DNA of 64,000 nt from Patescibacteria group bacterium (GTDB lineage: Bacteria > Patescibacteriota > Microgenomatia > UBA10105 > UBA927). The notes beneath the pieces were generated by a model. That model was given only the letters and a program-made list of their open reading frames with translations, searched no databases and was not told the DNA's origin. The position numbers were made by a program, and so were the translations under genes. The stretch's first letter is position 1. Each line of letters begins with the position of its first letter. The stretch is taken from the NCBI GenBank assembly GCA_038063875.1, contig JBBTUH010000002.1, positions 78,451 to 142,450 on the forward strand. Direction: 5' to 3'. This document shows positions 1 through 9,433 of the stretch, in pieces.

Positions 1-995
1 TCGACGACTCCATCACAGGCCGATACCAATGCATCTCGAATCTTTTGAGACCTACAGATCACAGGCACTGCAAAATTAGACACGACATCTATGTGATCAA
101 ATCGTAAGGGATAATAGAGATCAGTTCGAGCATAAATCTTTTTTGCCATCTGCAGAAAATTCCTTTGCCGCTTAGAAACGATTGCCTTAAGATGCTTGAG
201 CTGATTATTCCCTAAAAATCCTTGTATCTCCGTTGTGCGTAAGTTATACCCCAGATCATAAAATGTATATCGCGAGTAGAACGTAGAATTTACATTATGT
301 TTTACACGAAGAAATAATTGTTTGTCCTCTGTTAAGTTCCTATCCCACCCGTGTGCTCTAACGAGGTGCAACATAGTCATGAGCTCATTATCATCTGTTA
401 CCACAGCCCCACCTTCAACGGTCGACATATGGTGCCCGACATAGAAAGAAAATGTGCTTGCCAAACCCCAGTTGCCTAATTTTTTTCCTTTATACACTGT
501 GCCCAATGACTCACAATTATCTTCAATGAGTATGATACCCTTTTTTTTACATATCGATGCGATTTTTTCCATGTCGTCACAAAAACCTAACAAGTTTGTA
601 ATAAATAACATTTTTATCGATGTTTTTTTGAGCACTGACAGAAATAGCGTACTAGAAACGTTCAATGTGTCTAATTCAATGTCTATGGGAACTGGAACTA
701 ACCCGAGTTGTATAAGCGGCATGACATTGGTCGACCATGTAAGAGAAGAAAATCCCACGCGATCACCTTTTTTAATTCTCCCTAAATTCAAAAGCGCCTG
801 TATGAGTGCAAGATTTGCCGAACTACCGCTATTGACGAAAAGGCAGTGCTTACGTGCTTGGTATAGAGCAAAACGCACTTCAAATTTTTTACACTCGGCC
901 CCAATACTCAATTTGTCTGCTGAAACAATAAATGTGGCCAGAGCCTTTTTCGTTTCTTTTTCGTTATAAAATGTCGATTTAATGAGTGGAATCAT
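1..995 (-). CDS. DegT/DnrJ/EryC1/StrS-family PLP/PMP-dependent sugar aminotransferase-fold enzyme, partial (C-terminus lies outside the window); probably a ColD/E1-type sugar 3-dehydratase
   Basis: My own minus-strand translation from the ATG at 995 reads MIPLIKSTFYNEKE...FVNSGSSANLAL...LGNWGLASTFSFYVGHHMSTVEGGAV. This is the hallmark SFY..(K/H)..T.EGG block of the family. His occupies the position of the Schiff-base Lys, as in GDP-4-keto-6-deoxymannose 3-dehydratase ColD and CDP-hexulose 3-dehydratase E1. The plus-strand ORF 454..969 in the ORF track is an antisense artefact of this gene. Confidence 0.8.
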   Translation of the reverse strand, partial: MIPLIKSTFYNEKETKKALATFIVSADKLSIGAECKKFEVRFALYQARKHCLFVNSGSSANLALIQALLNLGRIKKGDRVGFSSLTWSTNVMPLIQLGLVPVPIDIELDTLNVSSTLFLSVLKKTSIKMLFITNLLGFCDDMEKIASICKKKGIILIEDNCESLGTVYKGKKLGNWGLASTFSFYVGHHMSTVEGGAVVTDDNELMTMLHLVRAHGWDRNLTEDKQLFLRVKHNVNSTFYSRYTFYDLGYNLRTTEIQGFLGNNQLKHLKAIVSKRQRNFLQMAKKIYARTDLYYPLRFDHIDVVSNFAVPVICRSQKIRDALVSACDGVV

Positions 996-1005
996 ATATT
1001 GTATC

Positions 1006-1947
1006 TTAACGACTATTCACATGTACTGTTTTATACCATTGGTACGTCAACCACAAGCCTCTATCCAAAGTGGTTCGCGGCATCCATTTCATGGACCTTC
1101 TCATTTTATCCCATGAGACGACTTGATGTAACAATTCATCTTCGCGCTCATCCTCGATTTTATCGATAAAAAGTTTCTCTGAGCCAAGTGCAATAATCTT
1201 AGTTATGAGATCACGAGCTGATATCGGTTTCCCTGCACCAACATTATATATCCTATTTTTTTCTAATTGGGTATCTGTGATTTGCCCGAGCATACTATAT
1301 GCCCGAATAGCATCGTCAACATACATGTACTGTCTTTTCGCACTGCCACCCCAGAGTGTTGGATTCTTGCCATGTACCACACTCATCATAGTCTTTGGGA
1401 TGATACGCGAAAAATTAAGATCACCAGGACCATATATATTTACAAATCGTGGTATCAATACAGGTAGATTAAAACTATCTGCATATGATTGTGCGATCAG
1501 ATCGACACACGTTTTTGACGTTTCGTACGGTCTTGACGGCTTTGCCGGCTCATCTTCTCTATAGGGTACTGGCGCTTTTCCATACACATGTGATGTAGAT
1601 GCGATTATGATACGACGGATATTGAAGCTTCTTGAGACCTCAAGCACATTTAATGCACTTGTAATATTGTTATTAAATGTTTCGTACGGCTGCCTTGATC
1701 CCGCTTCCACAAGCGATTCACTCGCCAAATGAAAACACACATCCGGTCTAAACTGTGTAAACACCGCCATGAGATCTTTTTTGGACGAAACATCAACCTT
1801 TTTTTCCACCGTAAGGTTATGAGGATGCCTTGCTAACCCAAGTACAATTGCTTTTTTCTTCTGCAAATGTGCCAGAAGATGTCGCCCTATAAACCCAGCC
1901 GATCCAGTGACAAGAACCCGACTATTTTCCCATGATTTTATTTGCAT
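1006..1947 (-). CDS. NAD(P)-dependent sugar epimerase/reductase of the extended SDR family (nucleotide-sugar 4-keto reductase or epimerase)
   Basis: It has the Rossmann motif VTGSAGFIGRHL and the YxxxK catalytic dyad in PYETSK. It lies immediately downstream of the dehydratase-like gene. Confidence 0.7.
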   Translation of the reverse strand: MQIKSWENSRVLVTGSAGFIGRHLLAHLQKKKAIVLGLARHPHNLTVEKKVDVSSKKDLMAVFTQFRPDVCFHLASESLVEAGSRQPYETFNNNITSALNVLEVSRSFNIRRIIIASTSHVYGKAPVPYREDEPAKPSRPYETSKTCVDLIAQSYADSFNLPVLIPRFVNIYGPGDLNFSRIIPKTMMSVVHGKNPTLWGGSAKRQYMYVDDAIRAYSMLGQITDTQLEKNRIYNVGAGKPISARDLITKIIALGSEKLFIDKIEDEREDELLHQVVSWDKMRRSMKWMPRTTLDRGLWLTYQWYKTVHVNSR

Positions 1948-2968
1948 ACAGAAGTATTTGGTGCCTTATTATAACCCAACTATAGATAAAAACGAATCCC
2001 ACACCCATTACAGGATGCAAAAACCATGCTCTGTCTCTAATTTTTAAAAATCCTCTACAGCTGTCAAAAAGAGGAACAACGAGCGTTACACAATAAAAAA
2101 TCGCCAGTACGAGACGCCAGATTTCTTTTTTTGTAAATATTTCGTATCGTCGAACACGTTTTCGCTCAAGTGATTTCACACCCACATGATACTGATTCAT
2201 AAACAGCATTCTTCGCTTCAAATAACTCCAAATATTTCCGTATCCTGTTAAATGTAAAATTGCATCATTCACAAACGCATAGGTATCAAACCCGTTGCGA
2301 ATAAGATCCACATTTACATCCATATCAAAATATTCACCCGGTGACGCATGTGCATACCTAAGAAGAATTTTTCGACGAACAAGAAAACCATTCGCACCAA
2401 TGGTAGGCATATTCATATCAGTAAACCGAACGATATAGTGCGGCTTTCTTTTCGCCACCTCTCCCGCCAAGTTATACTGCGAAAACATATACGAGAGCCT
2501 ATCAGCTCGTCCTAAATACCATACGAACGGATCTCCTGTGCCAAAAAGCGCAAAATATCTATCCAGAAGACTCTCTTTGGAATCGTACGCATATCGTAAT
2601 GTCTCTACACCTACAACATTGGTATCTTCCATAAACGGACGCACCATCTTTGATAACCAATGGGCATGGGGAAGTACATTATCATGATCAATCATCGCCA
2701 GAATCTCATGCGTAGCATGTTTAATACCTATACTTTTGTTATATTCTGCATTTTGCTTCGTCGGATCAATGGTATAAATACGCGCATTATATTTTTTGGC
2801 GATCGTAAGCGTAGCATCTTTAGAACCTCCGTCAACGACGATGATTTCAATATTTTTCTGGGGGTAGCGTTGTGCCCTAATGCTTTTCAAGCATCGTTCT
2901 ATGGTACGAATAGAATTATATGTTGGGGTTACGACAGATATGGTAGGAAGGTGATTATTGCGCTTCAT
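1922..2968 (-). CDS. GT2-family glycosyltransferase with a hydrophobic C-terminal region
   Basis: The N-terminal signature is ISVVTPTYNSIRTIERCL...VVDGGSKDAT and the C-terminal part is hydrophobic. The ORF track starts it at 2998. The ATG at 2968 gives a typical GT2 N-terminus (MKRNNHLPTISVVTPTYN) and a smaller overlap with the upstream gene. Confidence 0.75.
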   Translation of the reverse strand: MKRNNHLPTISVVTPTYNSIRTIERCLKSIRAQRYPQKNIEIIVVDGGSKDATLTIAKKYNARIYTIDPTKQNAEYNKSIGIKHATHEILAMIDHDNVLPHAHWLSKMVRPFMEDTNVVGVETLRYAYDSKESLLDRYFALFGTGDPFVWYLGRADRLSYMFSQYNLAGEVAKRKPHYIVRFTDMNMPTIGANGFLVRRKILLRYAHASPGEYFDMDVNVDLIRNGFDTYAFVNDAILHLTGYGNIWSYLKRRMLFMNQYHVGVKSLERKRVRRYEIFTKKEIWRLVLAIFYCVTLVVPLFDSCRGFLKIRDRAWFLHPVMGVGFVFIYSWVIIRHQILLYANKIMGK

Positions 2969-4076
2969 AAGCCTTTTGTAAAAATGCTCGACTCTCATCT
3001 ACTGCTTCATCCCATCGAAACGAATTACTCCATTCAAAAGCATTTTTTTGCATATACCTATATCGCTTTGTATCCTTATACAATCGTATGACTTCCACTG
3101 CTAAATCATGAGGATTCTCTCTTTTGGTAATGATGCCTGTTTCTCCATTCTTTACGGTATCAACAAGTCCTGAAACAGGATACACGACGGATGGTACGCG
3201 TTCTCTTGCCGCCTCGAGCACCACAAGTCCCCACCCTTCTTTGTATGACGTATGAAGCAAAATATGAGATTTGGAAAGTAGTTTTCGTTTCTCCAATTCT
3301 GAAACTTTTCCACACCAAACAATTGCATCAGATAAACCAAGCGATGTACCCAATTGTCGAAGCTTTGTTGTGTACGTTAAGTCCCCACTTCCTACAATCA
3401 ACAATTTTGCTAACGGTACACTCCTTGCCACTTCAGCAAATGAGACAATGATGTCTTCTATTCGTTTCATTCGCACAATACGACCAACAGAAATACAAGT
3501 AAATACTTTATTCTTCTTTTTTTGATAAAGCGACGTGTACTCTTGAATCGGACATGGAATAGCTATACAGTTTGAGCGAGAAATACCATAGTAGACAAGC
3601 TCATCAACAGTTGAGTTCGCATCCGTCCAAATCATGTGATTGCGATACACATATAAAAATAATCGTTCTAGTAATTTACCAATCCAGCGAACTGGTGCTC
3701 CATACATGACATCCCAAATTTTTCCTGCTATCTCATGCAAAAATAGTACGACAGGCACTTTCGCATACATAACGGCAAAAAATGGAATGCCGTGCACTTG
3801 ATCTATGATCAAATCAACTGATGAACGTTTAGATAAATAATAGAGCATTGCCCACATAAACACGGAGACAACATTCCCGCGGCGCACTATATGTACTCCT
3901 TTAACAATTTCTTCATTTTTTGCACCTGAATACATAGCTGCAAACCAAGTAACCATGTCGCCCCGCTTCACCCAGCCTTTTGCATGCTCTAACGTCACAT
4001 ATTCGGCCCCCCCTGATCGCGGATTTTTGGGATCTCTCCAACTTAATAGAAGAATATTCATTCGTGTATTATCCAA
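2955..4076 (-). CDS. GT4-family (GT-B fold) glycosyltransferase
   Basis: It carries the E-X7-E motif EGWGLVVLEAARERVPSVVYPVSGLVDTV that is typical of retaining GT4 enzymes. Confidence 0.75.
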   Translation of the reverse strand: MDNTRMNILLLSWRDPKNPRSGGAEYVTLEHAKGWVKRGDMVTWFAAMYSGAKNEEIVKGVHIVRRGNVVSVFMWAMLYYLSKRSSVDLIIDQVHGIPFFAVMYAKVPVVLFLHEIAGKIWDVMYGAPVRWIGKLLERLFLYVYRNHMIWTDANSTVDELVYYGISRSNCIAIPCPIQEYTSLYQKKKNKVFTCISVGRIVRMKRIEDIIVSFAEVARSVPLAKLLIVGSGDLTYTTKLRQLGTSLGLSDAIVWCGKVSELEKRKLLSKSHILLHTSYKEGWGLVVLEAARERVPSVVYPVSGLVDTVKNGETGIITKRENPHDLAVEVIRLYKDTKRYRYMQKNAFEWSNSFRWDEAVDESRAFLQKAYEAQ

Positions 4077-4872
4077 TATTCACTTTATAATTTAACTCTG
4101 GATCAAATATCCACTTTCTTTTATTAGCATTGTCATAGTAATGAAGTATTTTTAACCGATAATACACGGCAAATGTATCTTTCAACATTTGTAAAATAAT
4201 TCTCCAAACGGATGATGATGTAATACTAGATACACCAGAAAAATCAAGTTCGACAGGAGATTCAAAAATTCTTCTATAGCCCAAATGATGTGCCACAGCA
4301 AGTATTTCTATATCAAATGCAAATTGTTTTACAAGAAGTCGTGGCATGACATCTACCAATACTTTTCGTCGATACAGCTTCATACCGACTTGTGTATCTC
4401 GTACATTCAGCCCAAAAAGTAACCGCACGAGCATCTGATATCCCCACGATAATACTTTTCGTTGAAACGGATACTGAATTATTGACACAGGATGACGCTT
4501 GCTTCCAATAATAATATCTGCGTTATACCAATAAAAATGCTCGAGCATCATGGAGAGCCCTAATTCGCTTACATCTCCTCCGGAATCAATAAATCCTATG
4601 ATATCCCCGCGACTCTTGGCCATACCAAAGCGCACGGCATACCCTTTCCCATGATTCGTGTTATACCCAGTCACAATCAACTTACTAGAATGAACTTTTT
4701 TTGCTTCTTTTTCACTGTTGTCGACTTTCCCGTCGATGACAACTATTACCTCATAAGGAATGGATAACAAGGTGAGCTCACCTAATATAGATTGCAGTTG
4801 TTTTTGAATAGTTTTTTCCTGAGCGTACACAGGAATGATGAGTGAGAGTAACTTTGGTTTATTCTTTCCCAT
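4069..4872 (-). CDS. GT2-family glycosyltransferase, short form, resembling a polyprenyl-phosphate hexose synthase
   Basis: Motifs seen are LSLIIPVYAQEKTI, VVIDGKVDNS, IGFIDSGGD and TQVGMKLY. The start was set at the internal Met at 4872 (MGKNKPKLLSLIIPVY). Confidence 0.65.
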   Translation of the reverse strand: MGKNKPKLLSLIIPVYAQEKTIQKQLQSILGELTLLSIPYEVIVVIDGKVDNSEKEAKKVHSSKLIVTGYNTNHGKGYAVRFGMAKSRGDIIGFIDSGGDVSELGLSMMLEHFYWYNADIIIGSKRHPVSIIQYPFQRKVLSWGYQMLVRLLFGLNVRDTQVGMKLYRRKVLVDVMPRLLVKQFAFDIEILAVAHHLGYRRIFESPVELDFSGVSSITSSSVWRIILQMLKDTFAVYYRLKILHYYDNANKRKWIFDPELNYKVNIG

Positions 4873-6109
4873 AGCGGTAGTATACCAAAAGCACAATACA
4901 GGCTATAGCAGAAACTCCGATGTTTATATATATCACTTGATACAGTGATGAGTGGAAAAACCAAATCCCAACAGCTTGCACAAACGCAGCGCCCAAGGTA
5001 ATCACCCATACGCGCGTTCTGCCGATAGCAAGAAAAATAGTGGTAAGTAAATTAACCAGCGTAAAAAATGTGATAAATATACCAAATAAGCCCATAAAAG
5101 GAATAGCACCATCAAATGCGGTTCCATACATAATCCGAACGATAAAGGCTGGTGCAATAAAATATCCAAGTGTCAGTATGCTGGAGAGTGCCGCCACGGC
5201 ACCGAGAGCGCTTAGCACCATACCATGATAGGATTCTTTGCGCTCTTTTTTCTCAACTATCATCGGAAACATCACAAACCCTAATGCGGCTGACGCATAA
5301 AATATTACCTTACCAAGCACGGCAAGAGATGCGTAGATCCCTGCTTCATATGGAGAGAAAAAATGCTTCACAAGCAAAACGTCTTGACTATAGAGTGCAA
5401 TGGTGCCTAAGGTAGCCAGTAACGTCGGAACACTATAGACCGCCGCATCGGCTTTTGAGATCGACAAAGGCTTTGACTTTACTCGTATCAGACCCCAAAT
5501 CGGCACAAAATTTATGACGTATGAAATCACGTTGGATATGATATTTCCTATAAGTACTCCAATCAGTCCAAATGGCGCTCCTAAAACGCCAAATACTAAT
5601 CGCAGCAGCATTCCGATATTGGTCACTACACTCGATGCCAAAAATAGTTGAAATGATTGCATGATGCTTATGTTTATGACAGAAAAAATGAAACTCACAA
5701 ATATGAAATAGAGCCATATAAAGTAACTTGAAGATATATGCAAAAATTCACCCAATGCGTTCGCTGAAATCACGACGAACACCATTCCAATCAACACAGC
5801 AACACTGATATATCGAAACGCACCCCAAAAAAGTGTAGGAACTTCCTGCAGAAGTTTTCTCGCTCGAAGCTGTGAAAAAAATTTCGCAAGGATCGTTTGG
5901 ACGACGCCCGATCCTATGTTGATTATATAAAATAACGACAAGAGTGCAGAAAATTCTCCATATATCACTGGGCCTAATAATCGTCCTACGAGCACGTGAT
6001 ATGCATATGCACCGACGTTAGCCAGCATTGATCCCACCAAAATAATGAGACTTCCTTTCGCCAGAGGGTGCATCAGCGCATCTTTGATTTTTTGCAAAAA
6101 TCTGTTCAT
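4859..6109 (-). CDS. Wzx-like polysaccharide or oligosaccharide flippase of the MOP superfamily
   Basis: It is a polytopic membrane protein of about 415 aa and hydrophobic throughout. The start at 6109 (MNRFLQKIKDALMHPLAKGS) makes a 4-bp ATGA overlap with the upstream GT2 gene. Confidence 0.65.
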   Translation of the reverse strand: MNRFLQKIKDALMHPLAKGSLIILVGSMLANVGAYAYHVLVGRLLGPVIYGEFSALLSLFYIINIGSGVVQTILAKFFSQLRARKLLQEVPTLFWGAFRYISVAVLIGMVFVVISANALGEFLHISSSYFIWLYFIFVSFIFSVINISIMQSFQLFLASSVVTNIGMLLRLVFGVLGAPFGLIGVLIGNIISNVISYVINFVPIWGLIRVKSKPLSISKADAAVYSVPTLLATLGTIALYSQDVLLVKHFFSPYEAGIYASLAVLGKVIFYASAALGFVMFPMIVEKKERKESYHGMVLSALGAVAALSSILTLGYFIAPAFIVRIMYGTAFDGAIPFMGLFGIFITFFTLVNLLTTIFLAIGRTRVWVITLGAAFVQAVGIWFFHSSLYQVIYINIGVSAIACIVLLVYYRYGKE

Positions 6110-6807
6110 GATGTGCTCACAGAATTCCAAAATCGATACCGTAAAAGCGTAAATACGGCAGCTACTCCATCTTTCCATGTCAACTTCTTGCCTTCGGAAA
6201 ATTTACGACCAAAATACGAAATAGGCACTTCGTATATCTGATAGCCACTTCGCAATACCTTCGCCGTAATTTCTGGTTCAAAATCAAATCGCTTGGCATC
6301 AATGTGTAGCCCTTTGAGAACTGATGCATCAAATACCTTATACCCTGTTTCCATGTCAGTAATATTTGTGTTGTAAAGAATATTGGTGATAAGTGTCACG
6401 AATTTATTACCCATCGCGTATACGAACATAGTAGATAAATGACCGCCCAAAAATCTAGAACCATATACCACATGAACGCGATCATTCTTAAGCGGTGCAA
6501 GAAGTATAGGATAATCAGCTGGGCTATACTCCAAGTCAGCATCTTGTATGAGAATGACATTCCCCGTGGCGTTTGAAATGCCCATAGTCACGGCAGACCC
6601 TTTTCCTTCATTTTTTTCTTTCAGAATGACTTTCACTCGTTTTGTCCATTTTTTAAGCACATTTCGTGTGCCATCTGTAGACCCATCATCGATGACAATA
6701 ATTTCCTTCTCCCATCCTGAAACCACAGCATGAACCACTCGATCAATAAGCTCATCAATAGTCGACACTTCGTTATATACCGGAATGATAATGGAAAGTT
6801 TTTTCAT
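6106..6807 (-). CDS. GT2-family glycosyltransferase, DPM1/GtrB-like putative polyprenyl-phosphate sugar synthase
   Basis: Motifs seen are LSIIIPVYNEVSTI, IDDGSTDGT, IQDADLEYSP and GSRF. These are characteristic of the dolichyl-P-mannose/glucose synthase clade. The protein is 233 aa with no obvious transmembrane segment. Confidence 0.7.
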   Translation of the reverse strand: MKKLSIIIPVYNEVSTIDELIDRVVHAVVSGWEKEIIVIDDGSTDGTRNVLKKWTKRVKVILKEKNEGKGSAVTMGISNATGNVILIQDADLEYSPADYPILLAPLKNDRVHVVYGSRFLGGHLSTMFVYAMGNKFVTLITNILYNTNITDMETGYKVFDASVLKGLHIDAKRFDFEPEITAKVLRSGYQIYEVPISYFGRKFSEGKKLTWKDGVAAVFTLLRYRFWNSVSTS

Positions 6808-8165
6808 GCGTTGAAAAAGGCCTTACCGTGGAGGATTAACCATGCCCAGAGCGGAATAAATTCCAAAGTTTTTCCATCTATCTTTTGTATAGCCGAATAA
6901 TTTTTCGTTAACACATGTCCTTTTTCCTTATTAAACTCCTGCAATCCTTCTACCATGCCCTGTGTTTCTCTCTCATGCGGCTGATCAGTGTATGAAACAT
7001 TATAAAAAGCCAACGCAGGATCCATAGTCACAAAATCTATCTCTTTCTTACCTTTCCAATAGTAAATCGCCTGCGATTGTTTTTTTAGCTCCATGTATAC
7101 TATATTTTCCGCACATTGCCCGATATCAGGTCGTAAAAGCGGCACGTTAAAATTTCGCAGTCCATTATCGACTACATACATCTTCCGAGCCCTTTGCACA
7201 TCCTGCGTCTCCTTCGTTTTATACGAATAATGCTTACTCTCAAAGAGTAAATATGCCCGCTGAAAATACTCGATGTAGGATTTGGTAGTCTCTAAAGAGA
7301 GTTTCTGCGGTCGAGATAAACTACTGTATGTATGCGTTTTCGTAAAATCAGACATAATCTGAAGTCCTAATACTTCTACTTCCTGCTGATTTCGAACACC
7401 ATTGGGCACCACAACGTCTCTGGAAACCGTATCTCTAAAATAATTTGATGCCAATGTCCGTTTGACATCTTCATCTTCGGTAAGCACTATTTCAGGATAC
7501 CCGCCTTCTTTCATATAATTCCCCAAGTGATGTAAAATTTTCGTTTGTTGGGAGAAATTAGCCTTGAGAATCGATGATATATTCGCTTGCCCTTCTATGG
7601 TAATTCCTTTTATGCGCAAATATTCATAAAAGTTAAAGGGGTAGACGTCTACTTGAACGTTTCTGCCGGTCAAAACTGTCGCCGACTCTGACTCAACCAA
7701 CGATCGACGTGATCCAGAAAGTATAAACTTAACAGGATCTTTCCGCTCATACTTACTGCTTATCCAACGATTGAAGTCTTTAATTCCCTGAATTTCATCC
7801 AAAAATATATAAACTTTCCCTTGCGGATTGTAAGTCTCCATATAATAGATAAAAATATCTTCCAAGAGTTTCCAGCCTTGTGTCAAATACTGCTGCACCA
7901 ATATATCCTCCAAAAACAAATACAAAACGTTTTTGGCAGGTATACCTTTCTTAACGATAAGATGCTCCATGAGTTGATGCATCAGCGTCGATTTCCCTGC
8001 ACGACGAACACCAGCAAGGATTAACACATGACGAATATCCAGAAGTTTTTTGAAGCGCTCAAGATACTTCTCTCGAGGCACGGTATGTATCCATTTACCT
8101 TTCAAGGGATCAGTAAAGTGAGGGTTCCATGTCGAAATTAACGTTTGGCACACTTCTCTATCCAT
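6804..8165 (-). CDS. AAA-type ATPase, DUF4143/COG1373-like
   Basis: It has a Walker A motif in LILAGVRRAGKST and a Walker B-like IFLDEIQ. The long C-terminal domain is typical of the archaeal/bacterial ATPase-plus-DUF4143 family. Confidence 0.6.
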   Translation of the reverse strand: MDREVCQTLISTWNPHFTDPLKGKWIHTVPREKYLERFKKLLDIRHVLILAGVRRAGKSTLMHQLMEHLIVKKGIPAKNVLYLFLEDILVQQYLTQGWKLLEDIFIYYMETYNPQGKVYIFLDEIQGIKDFNRWISSKYERKDPVKFILSGSRRSLVESESATVLTGRNVQVDVYPFNFYEYLRIKGITIEGQANISSILKANFSQQTKILHHLGNYMKEGGYPEIVLTEDEDVKRTLASNYFRDTVSRDVVVPNGVRNQQEVEVLGLQIMSDFTKTHTYSSLSRPQKLSLETTKSYIEYFQRAYLLFESKHYSYKTKETQDVQRARKMYVVDNGLRNFNVPLLRPDIGQCAENIVYMELKKQSQAIYYWKGKKEIDFVTMDPALAFYNVSYTDQPHERETQGMVEGLQEFNKEKGHVLTKNYSAIQKIDGKTLEFIPLWAWLILHGKAFFNA

Positions 8166-8233
8166 AATTGTAGTGTATACTCATATTATCCTACTGTCAA
8201 GTATAACCTAAGGTTTATATATCAAACCCTACG

Positions 8234-9292
8234 TTATATCGAAGGGTTTATTACGGTATTATACACGGCTATTGTCTCGTGAGCTACACGATCCCAGCTA
8301 AACTTGTTCGCCCACGCATGACCCTCAAGGATCAATTCCTCTCGTTTGTTAGATGATAAAGAAAACGCTTCAAGCATTTTTCGTGCAATACTTTCTGTAT
8401 CATTTGGATCACAAATAAGTGATGGCCCTGCAATTTCTTTCAAACTCCCACCATGCGTCGCAATCACCACCGTACCTGCAGACATCGCCTCAAGAACCGG
8501 CAATCCAAACCCCTCATAAAAGGAAGCAAGTACACACGTGCTTGAAAGTGAAAGAAGTGCTGGTAAATCATCATCCGATACTCGACCTACTCTCTCCACA
8601 GTTGACTCAAGCTGAAGCTCTTTTATTACACCATCTATGCGTTGTGCTTCTTGGGATTCATTCAAAAACGCATCTCCCACAAGAAACAACTTTTCGCCTG
8701 TCTTCAACATATCTTTATTCTTTAATAATTTCCAAGCGTTGAGAAGACCGAGAATGTTTTTATTCCAATTGATATCTCCTACATACACTATAAAACGTTT
8801 CGGGAGTGCATACTTTTTTATCACACGCTTTGTTGCTTCATTAGTAATTGATTGAGAAAACGTGAGTGGAGGTGCTAATGGAACCACATCAACGGTATCC
8901 TTTCTTCGTAATATTTTTATAATGTCGTTTTTGGAACTGACACTATCGGTGATAATCCTTGTGGCTCGTGATATATTCCACTTTTGTATTTGCCATTTGA
9001 CTTCACCCCGCACGCCTGCAGGAAAATGCTCGGGAAAGACAATCGGAATGAGATCGTGTACTGTCACTACAAACGGTTTGTGGAGAAAGAATGGAAGCGT
9101 TATGAAAAATGGATCAAAACTTGTAAAATGAACTAGGTCTACTTCTTGTGGAATATCACCAATTGAAACAAACTCACAGATGGAAACACTATTATTTCTT
9201 TTCAGAGCCGCGATCAACTCTCTTGTGTAGACGCCCACTCCCCGTGTTTTGTGACCGCTTGAGAGTGGCTGTGTGCTTATTGCGATTCTCAT
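8234..9292 (-). CDS. GT4-family glycosyltransferase
   Basis: The C-terminal motif is FYEGFGLPVLEAMSAGTVVIATHGGSLKEIAG (E-X7-E). Confidence 0.75.
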   Translation of the reverse strand: MRIAISTQPLSSGHKTRGVGVYTRELIAALKRNNSVSICEFVSIGDIPQEVDLVHFTSFDPFFITLPFFLHKPFVVTVHDLIPIVFPEHFPAGVRGEVKWQIQKWNISRATRIITDSVSSKNDIIKILRRKDTVDVVPLAPPLTFSQSITNEATKRVIKKYALPKRFIVYVGDINWNKNILGLLNAWKLLKNKDMLKTGEKLFLVGDAFLNESQEAQRIDGVIKELQLESTVERVGRVSDDDLPALLSLSSTCVLASFYEGFGLPVLEAMSAGTVVIATHGGSLKEIAGPSLICDPNDTESIARKMLEAFSLSSNKREELILEGHAWANKFSWDRVAHETIAVYNTVINPSI

Positions 9293-9433
9293 AAAGTACT
9301 TTCAAGTATACCAAAATGTCAGAAGCGAGAACAAACGTACAAAGCGTATTCCACATTTAAACTTTGAATTATATAACTTTTCAATACTCCAATAATTTAT
9401 TATGCTCTTTTTTACCTGTAGCATCATTAAATC

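Noticed and set aside
454-969. A plus-strand 171-aa ORF from the supplied ORF track
   Set aside because: It lies antisense to a clearly recognisable DegT-family gene that I could translate from the minus strand (start ATG at 995). It has no recognisable motifs and its composition is low-complexity. It is an antisense artefact.
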